A DNA stretch of 64,000 nt from NCBI GenBank assembly GCA_000092065.1, contig CP000581.1. One strand, given 5' to 3'. This document shows positions 28,955 through 38,229 of the stretch, piece after piece; the first letter of the stretch is position 1; every line of letters starts with the position of its first letter. The notes under the pieces were generated by a model. The model did not search any database and was not told the origin of the DNA. It was given only the letters and a program-made list of their open reading frames with translations. Made by a program: the position numbers and the translations under genes. The stretch comes from Ostreococcus lucimarinus. Taxonomy: Eukaryota.

Positions 28955-30703
28955 TCATTCCAAGAGTCTATCTATACGCTTAATTAAGGGTGAAGACGTC
29001 GTCTCGCGCGATGGCGTCGCGCTCGGTAAGCGCGGCGCGTCTTGAGCGGCGGCGGCGGCGAGTCGATTTTGCTCGTCGCGAAGCTGGTCGGGGGGAAGCG
29101 ACGGTTTGGTCGGGAGTCCGGCAAGCTCGGCGCGCGTGAGGCCGTCTTCACCGGATGCGCCCAACATTGCGTGATCGGTGTCTTTTTCTTCGAAGAAGCC
29201 CGAACCCGGGTCGATGCGTTCCTCGGGAAGAGCCGCGAATTTGTCGCGACCGCCGTTCGGCAGTAAGCCTTGCGTGCCCTTGCCTTTGAGCGCCTTGACC
29301 TCGTCCCAAGTGAGAGTTGGGGTTTTGTACGTCGCCAAGTACTCGCCACCTTCACGTTTGTACACGTCGAGGAATTCTTCGGTTTGGCCCCGAATCGCGC
29401 GCGGGTATTGGAGTAAGAGATCCAACTCGCCGGCGTCGAGCGATAACAACTTGTCCATGACGGGTTGCGGGAGCTCGGGGTAGTGCTCGTAAATCCGCGC
29501 CTTCATCATCTCGTAAAAGTAGTAGTATTTGGGACGCGGGCGAATGTACTCTGGCACGTTTTCCCATTTGTCCTCATCGAGCCACTTCAGCGCGTCCTCG
29601 ACGCTGGTTTCTTCGCGCGAGAGCACGTCGCGAATCTCACTCGAGAGCTTGGCGACAAGTCGAAGAAATTCTCGTCCGTACTCTTCCACGGTAGCATCCA
29701 ACTCCAACGCACGCTTCATCCACAGCGCCGACGCGACTTGGGCGTCGACGATCAGAGCGTCACTGTACGCACCTCGCGACGACTGGCTCGCCACTTCAAC
29801 GCGCGACACGTGGTTGTGCACGAGGTCTTGTTCGATGGCGAGCGCGTAACCGTGATACGCGCGCGCCCACGCGGGATAGTACGCCAACGCCACGCGATAG
29901 TCCTTCACAGCCTGAGCGTAGTTACCGACGTGTGCGTACGCCTCGGCGCGCAAGCCGCTCAAGAAGCCTCGTCGCATCGCGCTCGTCTTGAGAGAATCGC
30001 CTATGGAGAGGAAAAATATTTCGGCGAGCTCGGAGCGCCAACGAGATTCTACACCCACGGCACAATCCACCAACGTCTGCGCCATCGCGTGTAGACTCAT
30101 GCGCTCTGACTCCGGTTTCACCGGTTTCAGCCATTTCCCATCCCGCGGCGAAACTGGGTTGGGCATTTCGCCCTCCGAAATCGTCGACGCGTACATGGCG
30201 CACGCCTCCGTCATCTCCACGCGCGCCGCGCACTCAACCAACTTCAACCGCACATCCTCATCTTTCGGCGCCATTCTCCTCGCGTCTAACAAAACCGCGA
30301 CAGCGTCCAAGGTCGCTCCCAATCCCATGCTCGCCACGCCCGAGCGATACAACGCCTTCGCCATCAACCTCGCCGCGTTCGACTCTCCTTCGCGCTCGCT
30401 CGCGACCAGGCCCTTCAACAGCTCCACCGCCCCATTCGCGTCCCTTCGCGCGCCATCGTAATCCGTCAACTTCAACGCCATCAACGACCGATTCACGAGC
30501 GCTCTCGCGAGATCCAACTCCTCCGCGTGCGCCGTGCGATCGTTCACGCACAGCGTAAAGTGCATGTACGCATCCATCCAGTTTTCAGTCCGCGCCAAGT
30601 GTTTCGCCGCCCGGTCGATCGCGTCGTACTCCCCCTTGGACGCGACGACGCGCGTCGCTTTTTTTCCCGCGTCCTCCGCGATCGCGTCCACCGCGCGCAC
30701 CAT
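28955..30703 (-). CDS. TPR-like repeat protein with a conserved aromatic C-terminal domain; function unknown
   Basis: The ORF extends to 31447, but its first ~248 codons are Arg-rich and antisense to the opposite-strand acyl-CoA ligase 5' region. Normal composition starts at the ATG at 30703 (MVRAVDAIAEDAGKK). TPR-like helical pairs follow (AYAHVGNYAQAVKDYRVALAYYPAWARAYHGYALAI), and the C-terminus reads PEYIRPRPKYYYFYEMMKARIYEHYPELPQPV.. Confidence 0.55.
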   Translation of the reverse strand: MVRAVDAIAEDAGKKATRVVASKGEYDAIDRAAKHLARTENWMDAYMHFTLCVNDRTAHAEELDLARALVNRSLMALKLTDYDGARRDANGAVELLKGLVASEREGESNAARLMAKALYRSGVASMGLGATLDAVAVLLDARRMAPKDEDVRLKLVECAARVEMTEACAMYASTISEGEMPNPVSPRDGKWLKPVKPESERMSLHAMAQTLVDCAVGVESRWRSELAEIFFLSIGDSLKTSAMRRGFLSGLRAEAYAHVGNYAQAVKDYRVALAYYPAWARAYHGYALAIEQDLVHNHVSRVEVASQSSRGAYSDALIVDAQVASALWMKRALELDATVEEYGREFLRLVAKLSSEIRDVLSREETSVEDALKWLDEDKWENVPEYIRPRPKYYYFYEMMKARIYEHYPELPQPVMDKLLSLDAGELDLLLQYPRAIRGQTEEFLDVYKREGGEYLATYKTPTLTWDEVKALKGKGTQGLLPNGGRDKFAALPEERIDPGSGFFEEKDTDHAMLGASGEDGLTRAELAGLPTKPSLPPDQLRDEQNRLAAAAAQDAPRLPSATPSRETTSSPLIKRIDRLLE

Positions 30704-30784
30704 CTCGCGCCGTCGCGGTGTGCCGTTCGGTCGTTCGAAACGCTTCAAAAACGCTCGCGAAACCGGCGACCGGAAAAGCGTCAC

Positions 30785-32392
30785 ATGTCGGCGCGTCCGC
30801 ACGTCGTCGATCGCGCGCTCGCGGCGTACGGCGGCGCGCGCGACGCGCGGACGGGCGCATACATCGGCGGTGCGCGCGCCGACGCCGCGCTCGCGACGTA
30901 CGCGCGCGACGACACGCGCGACGCGCGCGCGACGAAACGCGCGACGAATGGGTTGGCGTTCGCGCGGTCGGTCGACGCGACGGCGCGCGATCTCGCGGGA
31001 TTCGGCGCGAGAAACGCGGTCGTCGCGCTCGGGATAGAGTGCTCGGAGACGTTCCTGAGGTACTGGTTGGCGTGCGCGCAGTGCGGGGCGTGCGCGGCGC
31101 CGTTGAATGGGCGCTGGGACGCGGCGGAGGCGGCGGCGGCGGCGCGAGACGCGGGCGCGGAGGTGGTGATTCTGGACGACGCGCACGACGCGCGGTGGTC
31201 GAAAGCGGGATTTAGGGACGTTGGAATCGTAGTGTTCGATGCGTCGCCCGAGGAGGGGTCGGGCGATGAGGATGAGGGTTGGACAAAGGCGTACAGACGC
31301 CGCGCGGACGACGCGTGCGCGATGTGCTACACGAGCGGAACGTCGGGGTCGCCGAAGGCGGTGATGCTGTCGCACGGTAGCGTGTGCGCGGCGACGCGGG
31401 CGAAGTTGGAGGTAGTGGGATACGACGCGGGGGATACGTATCTGCACGTCGCGCCTCTATATCACGTCGGTGGGTTGTCGAGCGCGCACGCGACGCTCGC
31501 CGCGGGCGCGAATCACGTGTTCGTGAATAAGTTTGATCCGGACCTCGTGTTGCGCATCATCGTCGACGAAGGCGTCACGGCGTTCATCGCTGTGCCTGCG
31601 ATGATGCGCGAGCTCGTGGACTCGCGCGGTGGCGACACAGTGTTTCCGACGGTGAGGAAAATTCTCGTAGGCGCCGGGCGGCTGACCGACGAATTGTACA
31701 ACTCGATTCGGCACGTCTTTCCGAACGCTAAGGTCACGATGGCGTACGGTATGACGGAAACGACATCATCGGTGACGTTTCTTTCGCCAGAGGACGCGCG
31801 GTTTGAACTGGATGCGGATTCAACGTTTGCGGGAAACGCGGCTCCAGGGGTTGAGGTGAAAACGGACGCCGAAGGACAGCTTCTCGTTCGGGGGTCGTCG
31901 CTCATGCTCGGCTACGTCGGCGTTGATCGCACGGAGACATTCGATGCAGACGGATGGTTTGCCACGGGTGATCTCGGCGCGGTTGGGGAGGCACGGGGCG
32001 AAGAGACTGGTTCGCGCGTTTGGTTACGAGGCCGCGCAAAGGAAATGATAAAATCTGGCGGCGAAAACGTCTCGCCCGAAGAAGTAGAGCGAATTCTGAA
32101 CAAGCACGCGAACGTCGAGGCGTCCGTCGTGATCGGCGCGCCGCATAGGAAATGGGGTGAAGCCGTCGTGGCGATCGTGAAGCTTCGCGCGACGGCGTCG
32201 GATACCGAAGCAGAGCACAGAACGGCGCTTCGCGACTGGTGCGCGAAATCGGAACTCGCGCGCTTCAAGATTCCGAAGTGTTTCGTCTTCACGGAGGACT
32301 TGCGATCGAACGCCATGGGGAAGTTAATGAGAGATGCAACCTACAGGGCGAATGTCCTCGCGATTGAACACGCGGTCTCGAGAGTTAGGTAA
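30785..32392 (+). CDS. AMP-dependent synthetase/ligase (acyl- or aryl-CoA ligase family)
   Basis: AMP-binding motif I YTSGTSGSPKAVMLSH, motif II YGMTETTS, TGDLG, and the C-terminal EMIKSGGENVSPEEVE. The ORF begins at 30527, but its first 86 codons are low complexity. I prefer the ATG at 30785. Confidence 0.8.
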   Translation: MSARPHVVDRALAAYGGARDARTGAYIGGARADAALATYARDDTRDARATKRATNGLAFARSVDATARDLAGFGARNAVVALGIECSETFLRYWLACAQCGACAAPLNGRWDAAEAAAAARDAGAEVVILDDAHDARWSKAGFRDVGIVVFDASPEEGSGDEDEGWTKAYRRRADDACAMCYTSGTSGSPKAVMLSHGSVCAATRAKLEVVGYDAGDTYLHVAPLYHVGGLSSAHATLAAGANHVFVNKFDPDLVLRIIVDEGVTAFIAVPAMMRELVDSRGGDTVFPTVRKILVGAGRLTDELYNSIRHVFPNAKVTMAYGMTETTSSVTFLSPEDARFELDADSTFAGNAAPGVEVKTDAEGQLLVRGSSLMLGYVGVDRTETFDADGWFATGDLGAVGEARGEETGSRVWLRGRAKEMIKSGGENVSPEEVERILNKHANVEASVVIGAPHRKWGEAVVAIVKLRATASDTEAEHRTALRDWCAKSELARFKIPKCFVFTEDLRSNAMGKLMRDATYRANVLAIEHAVSRVR

Positions 32393-32577
32393 TAGATGGG
32401 ATAGATGGAACCATAGCGAAGATAGTTGTGTAGACTTGGCAAGCGCGGCGAGGCGACGAGATGTTGTGACTGAAAACTAATTTTACACCGGCAACTCTTT
32501 ACGTTATCCATTTACGTGTGTGTATGTGCGTGATGATCAGAAAGTCGGTCTCGAACCTACGAGATGACTCAATTTTT

Positions 32578-32600
32578 GATCGAACGATAAACGTTCGATC
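32578..32600. other. Perfect 9-bp-stem hairpin (gatcgaacg-ataaa-cgttcgatc) in the convergent 3' intergenic region
   Basis: Inverted repeat read directly from the sequence. It lies between the acyl-CoA ligase stop at 32392 and the cyclin B stop at 32725. Confidence 0.6.
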
Positions 32601-32724
32601 GAACCCAACGCGTACGATCCATCCGGCGCGAGAAACGACGTGTCGAAAGACACGCGGCAATTCTCTCACGCGCTAGAGGTACGCGAACACCCTCTCGGTG
32701 GCGAAAGATCGCCTAGCTCTTCCT

Positions 32725-33795
32725 TCAGAGTCGAAGATCGTGCGGCACCGGAAGCGAAGCTATCTTCATGAACTTCTCACTGCTATACTTCTTGTAAACA
32801 GCGGTGAGCGAAGCCGTCGGCGCCTTGCGCATGAGTTCCGCCATGTCGCACGCGCACGGGTAGACTTCCGCCTCAGAAAGTCGTGTGTGCGCCTCCATGA
32901 CGTGATTCCACGACCCCGTTCGAAGCCCTCTCATCGCAATGTATACACCAGCCGCGGCCAACGTGCTACCCGGATATTGCAACATGTTGTAATCAGGCAA
33001 CGCGCACTCGACGGCGTACGAGGCGTACAACTGAAACTTGCGGTCGCCCCCGGCGGCTTTGAAGAAACGGTTCATGAACTGGTACGGCGTGGGCACGGTC
33101 AAGTGGAACCCGAGCGCGTTCAACATTTGCTTTTCCATCTCCAGGATCTGCTGGCGCGTGTACGCGCGATCGCTGATGTAAACAAAGTCGCGCACCTCCG
33201 GCGCCCAGATCTCTTCATACTTGCTCGCCACCAACATCGCGGTGACGCCGACGAGTTGCAAGTTTTTGCGCGTCACGGTTTTCAACTCGAGGAATCGATC
33301 GATCAAGTTTGTGGTCAAGAACAGCGTCTCAGGCATGAGTTTAAACTTCAAGTGCACCTCGACGAGCCAATCGATGAGAATGGCGCGCATCTTGCTGTTG
33401 ATGTCGCCCTGAATGAGCATGTACGTCTCGGACACCTGCGTCTCCGGCTCGACTTTGTACCAGTATTGGTAAATGTCGTTGACGTACTCTGTCGCGCACA
33501 GCGGATTGTCGTGATCGTAAAGATCGATATCCGGCAATGCATCCGTCATGACATCCCCACTCCCCGCGCTTCGCTCGAGATAGGTGGAATACGACTCGCG
33601 CATGTCCACATCCGCGCCCGCCGTCGTCATCGACCCTCCGGTTTGGTTCCCGTCTCTCGGTTTGCCGTGGCTCGTGCGCTGCGCCGTGCGTCCCCATCGC
33701 GTAGCGACTTGCTGTGCTTTCTGCCCGAACGCGTTCAACATTCCCGCCGGCGCTTGTTCCTTCTCAGTCGTTTGACTACGGCCGCGCGTACACAA
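32725..33795 (-). CDS. CYCB: B-type (mitotic) cyclin
   Basis: Cyclin N box KMRAILIDWLVEVHLKFKLMPETLFLTTNLIDRFL..KNLQLVGVTAMLVASKYEEIWAPEV..YTRQQILEMEKQMLNALGFHLTVPTPYQFMNRF, and a second cyclin fold (ASYAVECALPDY..LQYPGSTLAAAGVYIA). Confidence 0.85.
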   Translation of the reverse strand: MCTRGRSQTTEKEQAPAGMLNAFGQKAQQVATRWGRTAQRTSHGKPRDGNQTGGSMTTAGADVDMRESYSTYLERSAGSGDVMTDALPDIDLYDHDNPLCATEYVNDIYQYWYKVEPETQVSETYMLIQGDINSKMRAILIDWLVEVHLKFKLMPETLFLTTNLIDRFLELKTVTRKNLQLVGVTAMLVASKYEEIWAPEVRDFVYISDRAYTRQQILEMEKQMLNALGFHLTVPTPYQFMNRFFKAAGGDRKFQLYASYAVECALPDYNMLQYPGSTLAAAGVYIAMRGLRTGSWNHVMEAHTRLSEAEVYPCACDMAELMRKAPTASLTAVYKKYSSEKFMKIASLPVPHDLRL

Positions 33796-34513
33796 TAATC
33801 ATCGTCAGTCTCTCCCTCTATTTCGCGCTCGCGAGCGCATCCGTTGCGCGCTCGCGCGCCCGCGCGTTTTTCGCATTCATCACAAACGTACCTCGCCTTG
33901 GCCGATCGCGTCTGTCTCGCGCCTTGCGCCCCATTCATCATATTCCCGATGTTCGACAGCGCCGCTCGATTCCCCGCCGGCGCCAAGCCTCCTTGCGACC
34001 GCAATCCTGTTCGCGCGCGCGTCCCGCGGTCAGTCCCAGTCGTTCCCGTGTCGACATCGCCAGCGCGTGTCCCGAGCCTTTTCCGTCGTCCTCGCGCACC
34101 TTCTTTCGCGCCATGCGGCACGTTCCGCCCGCGCGATGCGTTTTCATTCATCGTGCGCGTTTTCGCGCGGTTCGAGCCTGCGCGCGCGACGCGATCGTCC
34201 GTCGTCAGTCGCGATGTCGTGTTTCGCTAACGGCTGGCGTTCCCCTCGCGCGCGATGGTGATGATGCGGGACGCGTCGCGCCCGCGCGACGGCGCGATGG
34301 CGCGCGCGGTGAAGGGCTCGCGGCGGTACGGACCGTGCGGCGGTGCGGCGACGAGCGAGCGCGTCGGCGCGCGCGACGTGATGTGCGGCGACGCGCGGCG
34401 ATGGCGCGACGAACCGAACCGACGAAAAATTTGGTTCCCCCGACCGGGACGCGCGGAGATTTGGGAAATATAGGGGATTTAGGAGTGTTGTATGGAAATG
34501 ACGCGCGCGCGCG

Positions 34514-36352
34514 CTAGGCTTCGAAAGCGACGCGATTGGTGAGCCGGGCGACGGCGAGCGCGCACGCGGCGACGGCGAGATCGATTTTGGTGACTCGTTT
34601 CGGCGCGCGCGCGGAGGCGGCGTCGAGGTCGGCGGAGGAAGATGCGCGGGAGAGATCGGCGGCGAAACGCGCGCGCGCCGAGAGAAGACGACAAGACGCG
34701 GGGGAGAAGAGCTCGGCGGCGTCGAAAGCGCCCTCGAACAAAGGAATTGCGTCGATGATGATCGCGGTCCAAAGCTCGGGAGGCGTGGATCTCGGCGCTA
34801 AGGCGGCGATGAGGGCGTCAGCGGCGGTTTTGGCCGCGACGCGCGCGCGCTCGTCGAGCGCGACGGACGTCTTCAGGATCTTCATCGCGGCGTTGAACTT
34901 GGCGCGCGCGCGGAAAAAGTCGACCGCATTTTCATGAACGTCCACGTCGCGATTCGCATTCACGAGGACTTGGTCACCGTGTTTCTCCATGAACTTGTCC
35001 ACGCGCGCGAGCGTCGCCGCGGCGTCCCCGAGCGCGCCGACTTGCGCCAATCCTCTCGCAAGCTCGTCGCTTCCCACCGTGTTTTGTGACACTCGAAGCC
35101 AGTCAAAGGCGAGTGAGACGTACCCATTCGCTCGCGCGCGCTCGCTCGCCATCTTCGCGATGCGTGCGCTGGTGTTCGGAAGACCGACTTCCACGGCGAG
35201 CGCGTGCGCCGCCTTGGCCGGCGCGTCGTCCTCGGTTTCTCCTTCATCCTCCGTCACCGCGAGACGCATGAGCGTCGTTGCCATCATCTCTATGCCGCGC
35301 TCTGAGCAACATGCCGCTAGAATTCGCACCGCTAAGTCCCGTGTCTGCGCCGAAGTCGCTAAGGAGGAGCAGTATTCGAGCATGTACAACTCGCTCTGGC
35401 TCGCCCCGGACGCCGTCGGTCGTCTCAAGACGTCAGCTTGCGCGCCTCCAGCGCGCGACAGCAGCGTCGTTGAGTACGCCATGAACCAGGAATCTAAGTG
35501 TCTCGAGCACACCGAGATGACGCCTTGGGAGTCACCGGCGATGGCGTACATGATGAGCGAATCTAACGCCTCGCTGACCAACTTACCCTTCGATCGACAC
35601 GCCGCGCGCGCCAGGCTCTCGTGTTCACCCTGAATCTTCAAAGTCGGATGAATGTGTTGCAGCTGCGCAATCATGAGCTCCACCCAATTTCCGACGCTCG
35701 AAACGATCGTTCGCTCGTCGCCGGACAACACGAGAAGAACGTTCCGAACGCCGTCCGCCGTCGGGCCCCAGCAGTTGTTGAAAAGCCCTCCCTCCGCGAG
35801 CACGGTTTTCACTTGGCGCAACCATTCATGTCTATACGCCGCGTACTGCTGCAAATTCGCGGCGCCCTCTTCGCCACCGAGTTTCGGCAGCGTGCGTAAA
35901 AGCGCACCGGCGGCTTCCATGAGCTCCACTTGCGGCTGCACGCTCGTCTTGCGCAAACGCCACTCCGCCCACGCGCTGTGCATTTGTAACAAATCGTTCG
36001 CCGCCTCCGTCCAACCGATGGCGACCATCGTGACGATCATCTCCCAATACCCGCTCGCTTCTTCCGGTCTCGCGCTCTCCTTGAGTCGCGCCACCAACTC
36101 TCGCAATCGTCCGCTCGCGCTCGCCTCTCCGAGCGCCAGGCTCGACGCGTTGACGCGATACCAATCCACGACCGCGTCCGTGCCCACGCCTAAACCACCG
36201 CCGCGGGTGATGAAGTACACATCCAAAAGCTCCCACACCGCGCGCGCGAGCGCGACGCCGTCGCCATCGCCCTCGCTCGAACTCGACGCCTCCTCGAGCG
36301 CGTCCGCGACGGCGCGACTAAACTCGTGCGCGCTCGCGAACGCGTCTTCCAC
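34514..36352 (-). CDS. NUP85: Nucleoporin Nup85 (Nup75) homologue, Nup107-160 Y-complex
   Basis: Ordered matches to human NUP85: [24 protein letters not shown] resembles [51 protein letters not shown] resembles [44 protein letters not shown] resembles [22 protein letters not shown]. Alpha-helical throughout. Confidence 0.7.
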   Translation of the reverse strand: [612 protein letters not shown]

Positions 36353-36466
36353 GTACGTCCCGCGCTCGAGCGACGCCGTCTGCGCGCCGCGAAATCATCC
36401 ATCGTCGTCAGTCATTCGCATCACCGCGTCACCGGCGTCCAGATTCCCGCGTCTCGCGTCACCGTC

Positions 36467-36556
36467 CGCGTCCGCGTCTCGCGTCTCGCGTCTCGCGTCT
36501 CGCGTTTGAAAACCAAGTCCCCCTCTGGCGAGACGAATCGCATCGCATCGCATCGC
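36467..36556. repeat. Short tandem repeats: (cgcgtct)x5 and (cgcat)x3 in the GC-rich 5' intergenic region
   Basis: gcgtctcgcgtctcgcgtctcgcgtctcgcgt and cgcatcgcatcgcatcgc, read directly. Confidence 0.7.
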
Positions 36557-36986
36557 CTTCTCTCGTCGCTTTCCGCGCGTACCTCTCGCTTTCGCAGCGT
36601 CAGCAGCGCCGCGGACGTGGACGCCGCGACGCGCGCGCCGCTCGCCGTCGCGCGTCCCCACGCGCACGCGCGCGGCGCCTCGGCGCGCGCGCCGTCGTCG
36701 AGGTTGCACACCAACAGCTCGTTCCCGACGCCGAAGTGCGCCACCGCGCGACCGCGAGGCGCCGCGCGGCGCAGCGCGTCCTCGAGCGCGTCGTCGGACA
36801 TCGCGCGCGGATCGACGCGCGCGCGTCGCGACGCGCGAGACGCGTTGTGACGACGGCGCGCGCGGAGGTTTGACTCGGACGCCGTCGCCGCGACGACGAA
36901 ACGAGCGACGTCGAACTCGAGACCGCGCGGACGCCGCGACGACGCATCCGAGCGACGTCGCGCGCGCGCGAAACGCCATATTTTAT

Positions 36987-37373
36987 TTACAACCTCCCGA
37001 CGTACGCCGCGAGGAGCGCTAACAACAACACCGCGACCGGCAACAGCGTCGCGCCGAGCGCGCCGAAGCCGCTCGTCGTCATCCCTCCCGTCGCGCTCTT
37101 CTTCACGCCCCCGTCCGCGCGTCCCGACGCCCCGCCCGCGTATTCACCGATGTAGAACTTCTTCAGCTGTTCGTACGCGTTCGGCGAGTGTCCGACGTCC
37201 TCGAAATCGTCCGTGCCGTCCTTTCCCGCGGCGTTCAGCATGATCTCGCCGCCGCCGGGATGGTCATCCATGAACGCCGTCACGTCGTACACCTTACCGG
37301 CGATGACGAGCCAGAGGTCATCGTACGCGACGTGCTTTTCGACCTCGGCGAGCGAGATCTCGCGAGGCGCCAT
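36987..37373 (-). CDS. CYB5: Cytochrome b5, tail-anchored
   Basis: ISLAEVEKHVAYDDLWLVIAGKVYDVTAFMDDHPGGGEIMLNAAGKDGTDDFEDVGHS (HPGG heme-binding motif), with a C-terminal TM anchor LLPVAVLLLALLAAYV. The ORF continues upstream to 37472, and I prefer the ATG at 37373. Confidence 0.85.
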   Translation of the reverse strand: MAPREISLAEVEKHVAYDDLWLVIAGKVYDVTAFMDDHPGGGEIMLNAAGKDGTDDFEDVGHSPNAYEQLKKFYIGEYAGGASGRADGGVKKSATGGMTTSGFGALGATLLPVAVLLLALLAAYVGRL

Positions 37374-38229
37374 CGCGTCGCGGAGTGCGGCGCGAAAGCG
37401 CGACGACGTCCGATGGAAGCAGCCACCATATCCGAAACGTTCAAACGCGAGACGGGACGCGAGACCGGACACCGGACGCGAGACCGGACGCGAGGACGCG
37501 AGGACGCGAAAACGCGCGAGGAGGCGCGAAAAAGAGTGCTACGCTACGATTGTCGACAGAAGGCGAGACGATGGCTAGGGTGACGGGAGTTGACGAGCGG
37601 CGCGCGCGCGACATCGACGATAGGCGCGCGCGCCGCCGCGAACCGCCGTCTGCCCGAGGGCGTGCGCGGCGAACGCCGTCGCACCGCTCGCGCACGCGAC
37701 GTACGCGGGGGAGAAGATGAAACTCAGCGCGACGCCGAGTTTGGTGCGCTTGCGACATCTCGCGCAGTGCGCTCTGTACCAACCGCGGCGCGCGCGTCGA
37801 CGCTCGGGCGTCGACGGCGCGGCGTCGGCGTCGGCGCCGCTCGACGTCGACGCGTCCATCGAGCGGCATCGGCATCGGTTCAGCGGTTCGCGGTACGCCA
37901 GCGCGAGGGTGGTGAGCGAGCCCAGGGCGCCGACCGTGGACGCCGCGGCGACGGCGGCGCGTCGCGGGACGCCTGCGCGCGAGGTCACCGCGGTCAGTCT
38001 GAAGTCACCGACGAGGTCGCGAACGCGCGACGCGCGCGCGAGCGGGGCGGACGGCGCGCGCGGGCGACGCATCGACGTGCCTATTATCGCCGCCCCGCAC
38101 ACGACGGCGATCGCGGCCATGTTCGCGCGCGCGCGGGTGAATGCGGGCGCCGCGCGGCGGAGACGCGGGACGAGCGGGACGCGGCGACGGACGCGAACGA
38201 CGCGCGCCGATGTCTCGGATTCAAACGTC

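Noticed and set aside
30704-31447. N-terminal 248 codons of the 28955-31447 minus ORF, and the first 86 codons of the 30527-32392 plus ORF
   Set aside because: Each is the antisense of the other gene's well-conserved coding region and is Arg-rich. Conserved protein sequence begins at internal ATGs (30703 on the minus strand, 30785 on the plus strand).
32544-32600. tRNA-like T-arm motif (GGTTCGAGACC) on the minus strand
   Set aside because: I tried to fold a cloverleaf around it. The T-stem has a mismatch, no complementary 7-bp acceptor stem exists upstream, and the D-arm and anticodon arm cannot be formed. It is not a tRNA.
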